DNA from: Mantamonas sphyraenae STR306
Taxonomy: Eukaryota > Protista > CRuMs
Assembly: GCA_026936335.1 (NCBI GenBank)
Contig: JAPMXV010000016.1
Span: 1 to 64,000, forward strand
Length of the DNA: 64,000 bases
Direction of reading: 5' to 3'
Below are positions 1 to 11,700 of this stretch, piece after piece. The position numbers and the translations under genes are program-made. Numbering within the stretch: position 1 is the first letter of the stretch; each line of letters opens with the position of its first letter. The notes under the pieces are model-generated. The model was not told the DNA's origin and did not search any database. It saw nothing but the letters and a program-made list of their open reading frames with translations.

Positions 1-196
1 CTAACCCTAACCCTAACCCTAACCCTAACCCTAACCCTAACCCTAACCCTAACCCTAACCCTAACCCTAACCCTAACCCTAACCCTAACCCTAACCCTAA
101 CCCTAACCCTAACCCTAACCCTAACCCTAACCCTAACCCTAACCCTAACCCTAACCTAACCCTAACCCTAACCCTAACCCTAATCCTAACCCTAAC
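1..196 (-). repeat. Telomeric repeat array (CCCTAA)n = (TTAGGG)n on the minus strand; left chromosome end
   Basis: Perfect CCCTAA hexamers from base 1. Degenerate units (CCTAA near 151-160, TCCTAA near 184) at the centromere-proximal edge. Confidence 0.99.
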
Positions 197-468
197 TCAT
201 ATGTATGCCTCTGTCCTGGTTGATTAGAGTTCGGTCTATGTTATGTGAGTTGTGCTTGTGTCTGCTGGCGGTGTGGCTGAGTTGGGTGGTGACATGGGGT
301 TGTGGGCAAAGGGTGGGAGTGGAAATGTTGCTGGTGAGTGGCCGTCGTCCTTCCACGCCGTGCAGTCAGCACTGCCCTTCCGCCTTCAACCAAATTATCA
401 CCAACACCCACGACACCCTCCACCAGTCCAACACAATCCACATACACTCCAGTATCACTACCACCACC

Positions 469-3400
469 ATGGACAAAGACTACTCAAGCTCTCCGAAGCA
501 ACAACACACACCCAACATCTACCCAGCGTGCGTTCTGCCTTCCACTCCGTTTTCTGACTGCCCGCTTCTCCCACTTCTTTGCCTCCTCCATGCCTCCGTC
601 GCTACCCTGCACTCCTCCCCTGCATCTCCACTTCCCCATCACCTTCGTGGCTGCCTTCTCCGCTCTTCTACGAACCCCTCTCCCCTGTCACTGCCCTCCC
701 CTCTGCCAGTTTCCCCGTCTGCCAATCTCCTCCGTTTTCCCTCTTTGCTCGTTCCTGCCTCCCTTCACCCCCGCTTCTGCCCTGACGGCGTCCCTTCCGC
801 CTTCCGCTCACCGTACGCACCCCGCCCTGCCCCTCCCGTCTCCCCACAGCTATGCGTACATGGTCCCTCCCATGGCTGCCCAGCCATTTCCGAACATGCT
901 GACCGTCTCTGGCGTACAAAACCCGTACCAGCACCCACAACCACCGATCATCTGGGCCCCTGTCAACACCCACCCCCAGCAGCTCCACGCATACGCTCAT
1001 CAGGGCCACCCATACTACGCCTACCCTCCTCCGCCGCCTCCTCAGCCGCGACAAACCGCCCAGATGCACCTCGCTCAGCCTCCGTCGTACCCTCCGCCTG
1101 CTCAAACCACCACAAACCACAATCGCGTCCCTAAACGCATCAGCCCTGCCTTTGTCGGCATCACACCGACCACATCCACCACCACATCGTCGTCCTCCTC
1201 CCACCAGGGCACACGGCAGACTGGTGACAGCGACGACGACGACGCAGACCAGGACACACACACACATGACACCGGCGACGTGGAGGACCTTATGTTCCTG
1301 AACTTTGGCCACCGTGAACCACGAACAACATCCAGCAACACAGAGTGGTTGACCAGCTCATGGATGGAGGCGTACGATGAAGACGGCGAGGCAAACGACT
1401 CAACCCAGCAGCACGAGGACGACGAGTTGGAAACTCAGGGCGCACTCAGCCTTGCAGACACTGGTGATGCCATGAATGAGGAGTACATGCCACAAGACGA
1501 CAGCGACGATGACGCAGACGACTTGGAGCAGGACGACACGGACGAATGGCAGCCGAGACGCACAAGCAGCAGCCGCACACAACGTCGCAGAAGCCACACC
1601 AGCCGCCGTACTGGTCCACAAAAGAAGAACGGCAGCGGACAGCGCAGGCGCAGGGTCACGGCTGGCAGTGGCACAGAGACAGGAACGTCGAGCACACGGG
1701 CAAGGATGGCCAAGAACGGAGACACCGGCGCACGGAGGAACGCAGGCGTGGACAAGACGAACAAGTTGCCAGATGGTGTTGTGCGCAAAGGGTGGACAGC
1801 GGGACACAGCGACGAGCGCAGCTGCAGCAACAAGAAGGAGCACACGGCACTGCTGAAGCACATGCACACCCTGGCCAACGATCATCCTATCGACGACATC
1901 CCAGACCTCATGACACTGCAGGCGCGTGTGGCCGTCTGCCATGGCACCCTGTTGACGCTGGTCCGACAGATCCTGCTCGCTCTGGGCAACATTCCCGTTT
2001 CCCAAGGCGACATGGCCTTCTTGCTCACCCTTCTCGGTCACGACATTGATCAACAGGAATGCAGCCATGCCATCCTCCACGCTGGGCTGGCCATGGGTGT
2101 GACAAAGTCTGGTTTGAAGGTGTGCTGGCTGGAGGAGCCACACGACCATGGCGACCCCAACTACGCCCTCCTCCACCTCCTCATGACAGAGATGGACACT
2201 CTCGGCGACAGGACCCATCCCACCAGCTGGAAGGAGCACGAGGAGACCCAACTGTGGCTGCAGAAAGCACGACGCCCTGCTGACAACGACAGCGACCCAC
2301 ACTGGACACAATGCGACTACGACCACCACCTCACCACCACCGAACTGGCGAAGTGGCATCCTGTGTCTGTGCGCAGTGGCTGGAGCAAGACCGGAGACGA
2401 GCGAGGCAGCTGCACAGCGCGGGAGTTCCAGACGCTGCTGGCACACATGAAGGCACTCGCAGCCAAGCACCCTCACCACCAGCACGCACACGAGAACCAG
2501 GCACTGCGTGAGCTGATCAACAGCGGCAACCTGCAGTCCCTGGTCCGACACATCATCCTGGCGCTGGGCAACGTTGGCGTGCCGCCTGTCGACCTGGCCT
2601 TCTTTGTCCGCCTCCTCAGGCCACACCTCACCTACCAACTAGTTGCCAGTGCCCTCAGCGTCACCCTCACCCGAGGTGTCACCTCCCTCTCCCTCAAGAT
2701 CGCTTGGCTCGAGAAGCCCAAACCCAGCGACGCCACACTGCACACCCTCCTCCACACCCTCATCGACCGCATCACACCCCACATCACCACCAGACCCACC
2801 ACCACACACGCCGTAAACGCCCTCCGGATCCATAAGCTTGTTCTGCCCGAGCCCACAGAGGAGGAGATGCTGGTCATGGAGGATGGACTGCCAGATGGCG
2901 TTGTGCGCAGTGGCTGGTCAACATGGCGCAAGAGCGAGCGCAGCCACAGCAACAAGAAGGAGCACACGGCCCTGCTGAACCACATGCACACCCTGGCCAA
3001 CGAGCATCCCATCGACGACATCCCAGACCTCATGACCCTCCAGGCGCGTGTTGTGGTCTGCCATGGCACCCTGACCACGCTCGTCCGACAGATTCAGCTC
3101 GCTCTGGGCAACATTCCTCTCTCCCAGGGCGACATGGCCTTCTGCCTCACCCTTCTCGGCCGAGACGTGGATCAAAACGCGTGCAGACATGCCATCCGTC
3201 ACGCTGGTCTGGCCATGGGTGTGACAAAAGCTGGGTTGAAGGTGTGCTGGCTGGAGGAGCCACACGACCACGGCGACCCCAACTACGCCCTCCTCCACCT
3301 CATTTTGACAGAGATGGACACTTTCGACGACAGGCCCCATCCTACCACCTGGAAGGAGCACGAGCAGACCCAGCTGTGGCTGCAGGAAGCACGACGCCCT

Positions 3401-4039
3401 GCTGACAACGACAGCGACCCACACTGGACACAATGCGACTACGACCACCACCTCACCACCACCCAGGTGGATAAGTGGCATCCCGAGTCTGTACGCAGTG
3501 GCTGGAGCAGGGGAATTCCCAGCGACGAGCGTGGCAGCTGCACGGCGCGGGAGTTCCACGTGCTGCTGGCACACATGAAGGCACGCGCAGCCAAACACCC
3601 TCACCATCACCACGCAAACGAGAACCATGCACTGCGTGAGCTGATCAACAATGGCGACCTGCTGTCCCTGCTGCGACACATCATCCTGGCGCTGGGCAAC
3701 GTTGGCGTGCCGCCTGTCGACATGGCCTTCTTTGTCCGTCTCCTCAGGCCACAACTCACCTACCAGCAGGTCTCCCTTTCTATCAGCAATACCCTTACCC
3801 GTGGCGTCACCTCCCTCTCCCTCAAGATCGCCTGGCTCGACAAGCCCAAACCCAGCGACGCCACACTGCTCACCCTCCTCCACACCCTCATCGACCGCAT
3901 CACACCCCACATCACCACCCGCCCCACCACCTTCGCACTCGTCAATGCCTACCCCATCCCCTCCTTCACCCTCCCCAAGCGCAAAGACCCTTTCTCCTCG
4001 TCGTCCTCCTCCTCCTCCAAACGCCAACGCCTCGAATGA
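469..4039 (+). CDS. Subtelomeric modular nuclear protein, copy 1 (~1,082 aa); join(469..527,850..4039); P/Q-rich, acidic and basic N-region, four related helical (wHTH-like) domains A-B-A-B, C-terminal bipartite NLS
   Basis: ccaccATGG start. GTGCGT donor at 528 and CCCCACAG acceptor at 849 restore frame. Internal 1,122-bp (374-aa) duplication at 1766 and 2888. Ends KRKDPFSSSSSSSSKRQRLE. Confidence 0.85.
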
Positions 4040-4344
4040 ACCACCCTTTCATTCTCACACCCTCCTCACTCATTCCCCTCCCCATCCACTCCACCACCCT
4101 CTCCATCACCTCATCCGGGAGTGTCACCCACCCTTCCGACCCTCCCTCCTCCACATACGCCTCCTTCCCACCACACCCAAACATCGCCTCCCCCTCTTCC
4201 CCATTCATCACCAACCCCGTCTCTTTAGCCTCGTCCCCCTGTGCACCCCACCCATCCACCTTCAACCAAAATATCACCAACACCCACAACTCCCTCCACC
4301 AGTCCAACACAATCCACATAATCTCCAGCACCACCACCGCCACC

Positions 4345-7300
4345 ATGGACAACGACTACTCAAGCACTCCGAAGCAACAACACACACCCAACACCTACCC
4401 AGCGTGCGTTGTGCCTTCCACTCCGTTTTCTGACTGCCCGCTTCTCCCGCTTCTATGCCTCCTCCATGCCTCTGTCGCTTCCCTGCACACTTCCCCTGCA
4501 TCTCCACTTGCCCATCACCACCGCCGCTGCCTTCTCCGCTCTTCTGCGTTCCCCTCTCCCCTGTCACTGCCCTCCCCGTTGCCAGTTTCTGCGTCTGCCA
4601 ATCGCCTCCGTTTTCCCTCTTTGCTCGTTCCAGCCTCCCTTCAACCTGCTTCTGCCCTGACGGCGTCATTTCCGCCTTCCGCTTACCGTTCACACCCCGC
4701 CCTGCCCCTCCCCTTCTCCCCCACAGCTACGCGTACATGGTCCCTCCCATGGCTGCCCAGCCGTTTCCGAACGTGCTGCCCGTCACTGGCGTACAAAACC
4801 CGTACCAGCACCCACAACCACCCATCATCTGGGTCCCTGTCAACACCCACCCCCAGCAGCACCCCGCATATGCTCATCAGGGCCACCCATACTACGCCTA
4901 CCCTCCTCCGCCGCCTCCTCAGCCGCGACAAACCGCCCAGGTGCACTTCGCTCAGCCTCCGTTGCACCCTCCGCCTGCTCAAACCACCACAAACCACAAC
5001 CGCGTCCCCAAACGCGTCAGCCCTGCCTTTGTCGGCATCACACGGACCACATCCACCACCACATCGTCGTCCTCCTCCCACCAGGCCACACGGCAGACTG
5101 GAGACAGCGACGACGACGACGCAGACCAGGACACACACACACATGACACTGGCGACGTGGAGGACCTGATGTTCCTGAACTTTGGCCACCGTGAACCACT
5201 GTCAACCTCCAGCAACTCAGAGTGGATGACCTGCTCATGGATGGAGGCGTACGAAGAAGACGGCGAGGCAAAGGACTCAACCCAGCAGCACGTGGACGAC
5301 GAGTTGGAAACTCAGGGCCCACTCTTCTTTGCAGAGACTGGTGATGTCATGGATGAGGAGTACATGCCGCATGATGACAGCGACGACGACGCAGACGACA
5401 AAGAGCAGGAGGACGCGGACGAATGGCAGCCGAGACACACAAGTAGAGGCCACAGACGACGACGCAGAAGCCACATCAGCCGCCGTGCTGTTCCACAGAA
5501 GATGAACGGAAGCGGACAGCGCAGGCTCAGAGTCACGGCTGGCAGTGGCACAGAGACAGGAACGTCGAGCACACGGGCAAGAAGTGCCAAGAACGGAGAC
5601 AACGGCGCACGGAGGAAAGCAGGCGTGAACAAGACGAATAATTTGCCAGATGGCGTTGTGCGCAAAGGGTGGAGCAAGTCAGGGAGGAGCGAGCGCAGCC
5701 ACAGCAACAAGAGGGAGCACACGGCACTGCTGAAGCTCATGCGCACTCTGGCCAACGAGCATCCTATCGAAGACATTCCCGACCTCATGACCCTGCAGGC
5801 GCGTGTTGTGGTCTGCCATTGCTCCCTGAGCACGCTGGTCCGACATATCCTGCTCGCTCTGGGCAACATTCCCCTCTCCCAGGGGGACATGGCCTTCTGC
5901 CTCACCCTCCTCGGCCGTAGAGTGGATCAACAGGCGTGCAGCCATTCCATCATCAACGCTGGTCTGGCCATGGGTGTGACAAAGGCTGGGTTGAAGGTGT
6001 GCTGGCTGGAGGAGCCACACGACCACGGCGACCCCAACTACGCCCTCCTCCACCTGCTCATGACAGAGATGGCTTCTCTTGGCAACAGGACCCATCCCAC
6101 CACCTGGAAGGAGCACGAGCAGACCCAGCTGTGGCTGCAGGAAGCACGACGCCCTGCTGACAACGACAGCGACCCACACTGGACACAATGCGACTACGAC
6201 CACCACCTCACCACCAACAAGGTGGACAAGTGGCATCCTGTGTCTGTGCGCAGTGGCTGGAGCAAAGCCAACAGCGACGAGCGTGGCAGCTGCACGGCGC
6301 GGGAGTTCCACACGCTGCTGGCACACATGAACGCACGCGCAGCCAAGCACCCTCGCCATCAGCACGCCCACGAGCAACATGCACTGCGTGAGCTGATCAA
6401 CAACGGCAGCATGCATTCCCTGGTGCGACACATCATCCTGGCGCTGGGCAATGTTGGCGTGCCGCCTGTCGACCTGGCCTTCTTTGTCCGCCTCCTCAGG
6501 CCACATCTCACCTACAAGCAGTCGCAACCTGCCATCGGCAACACACTCGCCCGTGGCGTTACCTCCCTCTCCCTCAAGATCGCCTGGCTCGACAAACCCA
6601 ATCCCAGCGACGCCACTCTGCACACCCTCCTCCACACCCTCATCGACCGCATCACACCCCACATCACAACCCGCCCCACCACAGTCGACGCCGTCAACAC
6701 CCTCGACATCCCAGAGCTCGTTCTGACCAAGCGTACAACGGAGGAGATGATGGCCGTGGAGGAGGGACTGCCAGATGGCGTTGTGCGCAGTGGCTGGACA
6801 AACTGGCGCAAGAGCGAGCGCAGCCACAGCAACAAGAAGGAGCACACGGCATTGCTGAAGCACATGCACACCCTGGCCAACGAGCATCCCATCGACAACA
6901 TCCCCGACCTTATGACACTGCAGGCGCGTGTCGTGGTCTGCCATGGCACCCTGAGCACGCTGGTCCGACAGATTCAGCTCGCTCTGGGCAACATTCCCCT
7001 CTCCCAGGGCGACATGGCCCTCTGCCTCACCCTTCTCGGCCATGATGTGGATCAACAGACGTGCAGCCTTGCCATCCACGACGCTGGTCTGGCCATGGGT
7101 GTGACAAAGTCTGGTTTGAAGGTGTGCTGGCTGGAGGAGCCACACGACCATGGCGACCCCAACTACGCCCTCCTCCACCTCCTCATGACAGAGATGGACA
7201 CTCTCGGCGACAGATCCCATCCCACCACCAGGAAGGAGCACGAGCAGACCCAGCTGTGGCTGCAGGAAGCACGACGCCCTGCTGACAACGACAGCGACCC

Positions 7301-7931
7301 ACACTGGACACAATGCGACTACGACCACCACCTCACCACCACCAATGTGGAAGAGTGGCATCCAGAGTCTGTGCGCAGTAACTGGAACAATGCCAACCAC
7401 GACGAGCGTGGTAGCTGCACGGCGCGGGAGTTCCAGACACTGCTGGCACACATGAAGGCACGCGCAGCCCAGCACCCTCTCCATCAGCACACAAACGAGC
7501 ACCAGGCACTGTGTGAGCTGATTAACAACGGTAGCCAGTGGTCCCTGCTGCGACACATCATCCTGGCACTGGGCAACGTTGCCGTGCCGCCTGTCGACCT
7601 GGCCTTCTTTGCCCGCCTCCTTAGACCACACCTCACCTACCATCAGGTACTATGTGCCACCAGCAACACCCTTACCCGCGGCGTCACCTCCCTCTCCCTC
7701 AAGATCGCCTGGCTCGACACACCCAAACCCAGCGACGCCACACTGCACACCCTGCTCCACACCCTCATCGACCGCATCACACCCTACATCACCACCCGGC
7801 CCACCACCACACACGCCGTAAACGCCTACGCCATCCCCCCTCTCACCCTCCCCAAGCGCAAAGACCCACCCTCTTCCTCCTCCTGGTCATCCTCCTCCAA
7901 ACGCCAACGCGCCACCAAGCCTGCACGATGA
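4345..7931 (+). CDS. Subtelomeric modular nuclear protein, copy 2 (~1,087 aa); join(4345..4403,4727..7931)
   Basis: Same start context, intron position and phase as copy 1. Internal duplication at 5643 and 6768. C-terminal KRK...KRQR. Confidence 0.85.
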
Positions 7932-8029
7932 TCCTGCAGTGGAACCCAACGGCGTCGATGAACTTTGTCCCACACCCATCCCATCACTAGTGGAGAACGG
8001 CATCCGGTGAGCCTGAAGCATCAATATAT

Positions 8030-8576
8030 TCAATATTCCAGCTCCGAGTCCAGACTGGGGTCGTCCAAACCGCTGCTGGTCTCATCCTCCTCGCCACTTT
8101 CCGGGTGCGAATCTGCAATGTTGAACTTGGCGCCCTCGTCCTTGCCTTCCTCACCCTGCTCGGTCTGTTCGTCGTCCTTTGCACCTTCCTCTCTCTGGTC
8201 CTCCAGTTCAACGACTTTTTCCGTGGTGCCAGCTTCAGAATCATCGTCAGAGAGCACCAAAGGCTCCACGATGTCGTCGATTTCCGACACGTCTCCGGCT
8301 ACCGACACCATGGCTGTGGCCCGATCCTCCCCAGCCTCCCCAGCCTCCCCAGCACTTGTCTGCGTAGTAAGAGCGGGATTTCCCTCGGCATTCTCTGTGG
8401 GAAAGTGTACTTGGGGGTGTCAGCGTCTGGTGTGTCACCCCCAGAATTTTCCCCTCTGGGCCGTTTTGCAGCCGTTGGTGGCCGATTTCCTTCCGTGATG
8501 ACGTACCATCGGTTGCCATGACGAGCATGGCGACACACGCGAGTACGAGTACAGTGATCTTCCACGATGTGCTCAT
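8030..8576 (-). CDS. Small secreted highly acidic protein (~144 aa); complement(join(8030..8394,8507..8576))
   Basis: Signal peptide MSTSWKITVLVLACVAMLVMA. Phase-1 GTACGT donor at 8506. GCTGAC branch and TTTCCCACAG acceptor at 8395 join it to the D/E-rich frame ending DPSLDSELEY. Confidence 0.75.
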
Positions 8577-8707
8577 TGCCCTTTGGGTGTTGCTGTGGAA
8601 CTTCCTTTTCGATGGCGCCCCGGGCGGTCCGCGACAGGGCATGCATCGAAAGTTCATCGAAACTCCTCCCGAAGGCAAACACCCCGCGCGCGGATTTCGA
8701 TTCGAAT
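8577..8707. promoter_or_regulatory. Putative bidirectional promoter between the two secreted-protein genes
   Basis: 131 bp between divergent ATGs (8576 minus, 8708 plus). Inferred from geometry only. Confidence 0.5.
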
Positions 8708-11700
8708 ATGTCAGGTTTCAAGCCAAGCAACACGCTTGTCTTCCCTGCCCTACTTTTACTCTGTCTCTTGTGTGTACCAACAGTGACCCATGCTCGTCTC
8801 AATGGTACGTGCGCACGGAACGAGCAGCCGTGCATTTTCGTGTGGCGCTGAAAAAGAAAGTGCAAACGTGACAAGGCGACACGTCGGTGGACACAACATG
8901 GTCCTTCACACCTCACCGAATGATTTGATGGCCCAGGGCGTCCCCTGACGAATCAACTGTCCCCATCCATGTGTGTAGCGGTCCCAAACGCGCGTTCCAG
9001 ACTGACATTCCTCCTGCGCATTCCGCGATTTTGCATCGTCGCTCTCCAGTTGACCAGCAGGCGTCTGAAATTCTCAACTCATTCCAAAACCTATACGATG
9101 CCAAGACGCAAACCATGTCTTTGGCTTCGAAAGCCCTGCAACAGCTTGGCCCGATAGGACCCCTCTTTGCGGCCCTGAAAGGTGAGCAGCTCTCGAAGGT
9201 GCCACCTCCCGTCGCGGGGCCACAGGATCTTCGCGTTTCTGGACAGCTCCAAGTGTCTGGGGTCCCTCTAACGGTTTCCTTGATTGTACACGCGGCCAGC
9301 GATGGCACATCGTACGTCGAGCTGACCGTCACAGGTACCGATGCTGGAAAGGCGCTCTCAACACTGCTTCCCGTGCTGCTTCGCACCCAGCTGTCTGCAC
9401 TGGACTTTTCGGTGTTGGATACTCCTCTGCACTTGAAGGTCTCTTCAAAGTCGGGGATCGAGCTGCAAGGACTGCAGCTCAAGCATCTGCTTCAATTGCT
9501 GCATGGCTCAAAGGTGAATCTGCCCCCTGATTTGTCCTCGTTCACCCTGCCGTCTCTGAAATCGCCGTTATCCGGTATTCAGAGCAACCGCTCAGTAGCT
9601 TTCAAGGGAAGTATCTCCCCAAAGAAACTGAATCTGGGCCCAATCACCGTGAGCAAAGTCGCTCTGGACTTTGCGCTCGATCGTGTCAACAGCGAAGCCT
9701 CTCGCATGGATGTTCAACTCATCGGAGCAGCGACCTTTGGCGCTGTTCAAGTGAACAACTTCAATGCTCACTTGGTGGCCAGCAAAGAAGCCGTCAAGTT
9801 GGAAGGCTCAACAAATGTCGTTGCCGCTGGCATCGACATGCAGGCTTTGGTGAAGGGCAAGTTTTCCAAAACGTCCCCCACACAGATTTCGATTGCCTCT
9901 ACGGTCCCCAGCGGTGCGGCACGTGTAGGCAATGCCGTTTCCATCAACATCGAACAATTGAGCGTCGAGGTTGTCATCGGTGCAGCAAACGCCTCGTCGT
10001 TTTCGATTGCGGGCACTGCCCATCTCAAGGTGGACAACCCTCAAATCTCGGTGCCTGTGCAGGTGTCCAGCTCGGTGGGAGCCAAGGCCTCGGCCCTGGC
10101 CTTCCACGCTTCCAACGACAACGGACTGATTGTCTACGGCGGCGTCAAGATGACGCAACTGTCCTGCTCCGTGTGGACGACCACAGGCACAGAGTCAAAG
10201 AAGCGCGTGGACATCGAACTGGCTGGTGGCATGGTCAACGGCGACGCGAGCTTTGGCGTGCCGCGTGTGGCGTTCAAACTGAGCAACACAGGCTCGGACG
10301 GCAAGCTGGTTGTCAGCGGCGAGGCAGACGTGACTCTGCTGGGCCGCAAGCTGAAGGCTGGCCTGACGTACACGGACAAGACGCTGACCGCACGCGTGAG
10401 TGGCCACGAAACGCCACTCGTGGCGGTGGGCGAGACGCAAGTGTCGCTTGGTGACCTGGAGGTGGTTATCATGACGCAGAGCAAAGCAGTGAGCGTCAAG
10501 GGCGGCGTTGTGTTGACGCTGGCTGGCCTGGACAAGAAGGTGCCTCTTGGGCTCAGCCTGGATGGTGCGACGGGCAAGCTGAAGCTGAGCCGATCGGATT
10601 CTGCAGGCGTGGTGTCGTACATGGGTGTGTCTGTGACGAGTGTTGGAGTGGATGTGGAGGTGACCAAGGCCAAGGTGTCGACGCTAAAGGTGCATCTGGG
10701 TGGCAAAGCGACGCTGGGCGTGGTCGCGCTTACGGACGTGCAGCTCGTCGTGGACATCGCCAGTGGCGCACCGCTTTCGATTGCGGGCACTGCCCATCTC
10801 AAGGTGGACAACCCTCAAATCTCGTTGCCTGTGCAGGTGTCCAGCTCGATGGGAGCCAAGGCCTCGGCCCTGGCCTTCCACGCTTCCAACGACAACGGAC
10901 TGATTGTCTACGGCGGCGTCAAGATGACGCAACTGTCCTGCTCCGTGTGGACGACCACAGGCACAGAGTCAAAGAAGCGCGTGGACATCGAACTGGCTGG
11001 TGGCATGGTCAACGGCGACGCGAGCTTTGGCGTGCCGCGTGTGGCGTTCAAACTGAGCAACACAGGCTCGGACGGCAAGCTGGTTGTGAGCGGCGAGGCA
11101 GACGTGACTCTGCTGGGCCGCAAGCTGAAGGCTGGCCTGACGTACACGGACAAGACGCTGACTGCACGTGTGAGTGGCCACGAAACGCCACTCGTGGCGG
11201 TGGGCGAGACGCAAGTGTCGCTTGGTGACCTGGAGGTGGTTATCATGACGCAGAGCAAAGCAGTGAGCGTCAAGGGCGGCGTTGTGTTGACGCTGGCTGG
11301 CCTGGACAAGAAGGTGCCTCTTGGGCTCAGCCTGGACGGTGCGACGGGCAAGCTGAAGCTGAGCCGATCGGATTCTGCAGGCGTGGTGTCGTACATGGGT
11401 GTGTCTGTGACGAGTGTTGGAGTGGATGTGGAGGTGACCAAGGCCAAGGTGTCGACGCTAAAGGTGCATCTGGGTGGCAAAGCGACGCTGGGCGTGGTCG
11501 CGCTTACGGACGTGCAGCTCGTCGTGGACATCGCCAGTGGCGCACCGCTTTCGATTGCGGGCACTGCCCATCTCAAGGTGGACAACCCTCAAATCTCGTT
11601 GCCTGTGCAGGTGTCCAGCTCGGTGGGAGCCAAGGCCTCGGCCCTGGCCTTCCACGCTTCCAACGACAACGGACTGATTGTCTACGGCGGCGTCAAGATG

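Larger units (their letters stand above)
379..7931 (+). repeat. Subtelomeric tandem gene duplication, two ~3.6-3.7 kb units, offset about 3,876 bp
   Basis: The TTCAACCAAA..ATCACCAACACCCAC 5' flank recurs at 385 and 4261. ATGs at 469 and 4345. Intron and CDS are colinear. Confidence 0.95.

Noticed and set aside
338-849. ORF-track N-terminal extensions (338.. and 4455..) of the subtelomeric proteins
   Set aside because: They read through the 5' flank or intron and are not frame-conserved between the two copies, whereas the spliced model is.
379-7931. Telomeric retrotransposon array (HeT-A/TART-like head-to-tail units)
   Set aside because: Polarity is similar, but the units have spliceosomal introns and no RT, endonuclease, gag zinc knuckle or poly(A) tail.
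8247-8360. Gly/Trp/Arg-rich secreted peptide (CWGGWGGWGG...) via the acceptor at 8360
   Set aside because: The acceptor at 8395 has a branch motif and pyrimidine tract and gives a longer coherent acidic frame. The alternative cannot be excluded but is unsupported.
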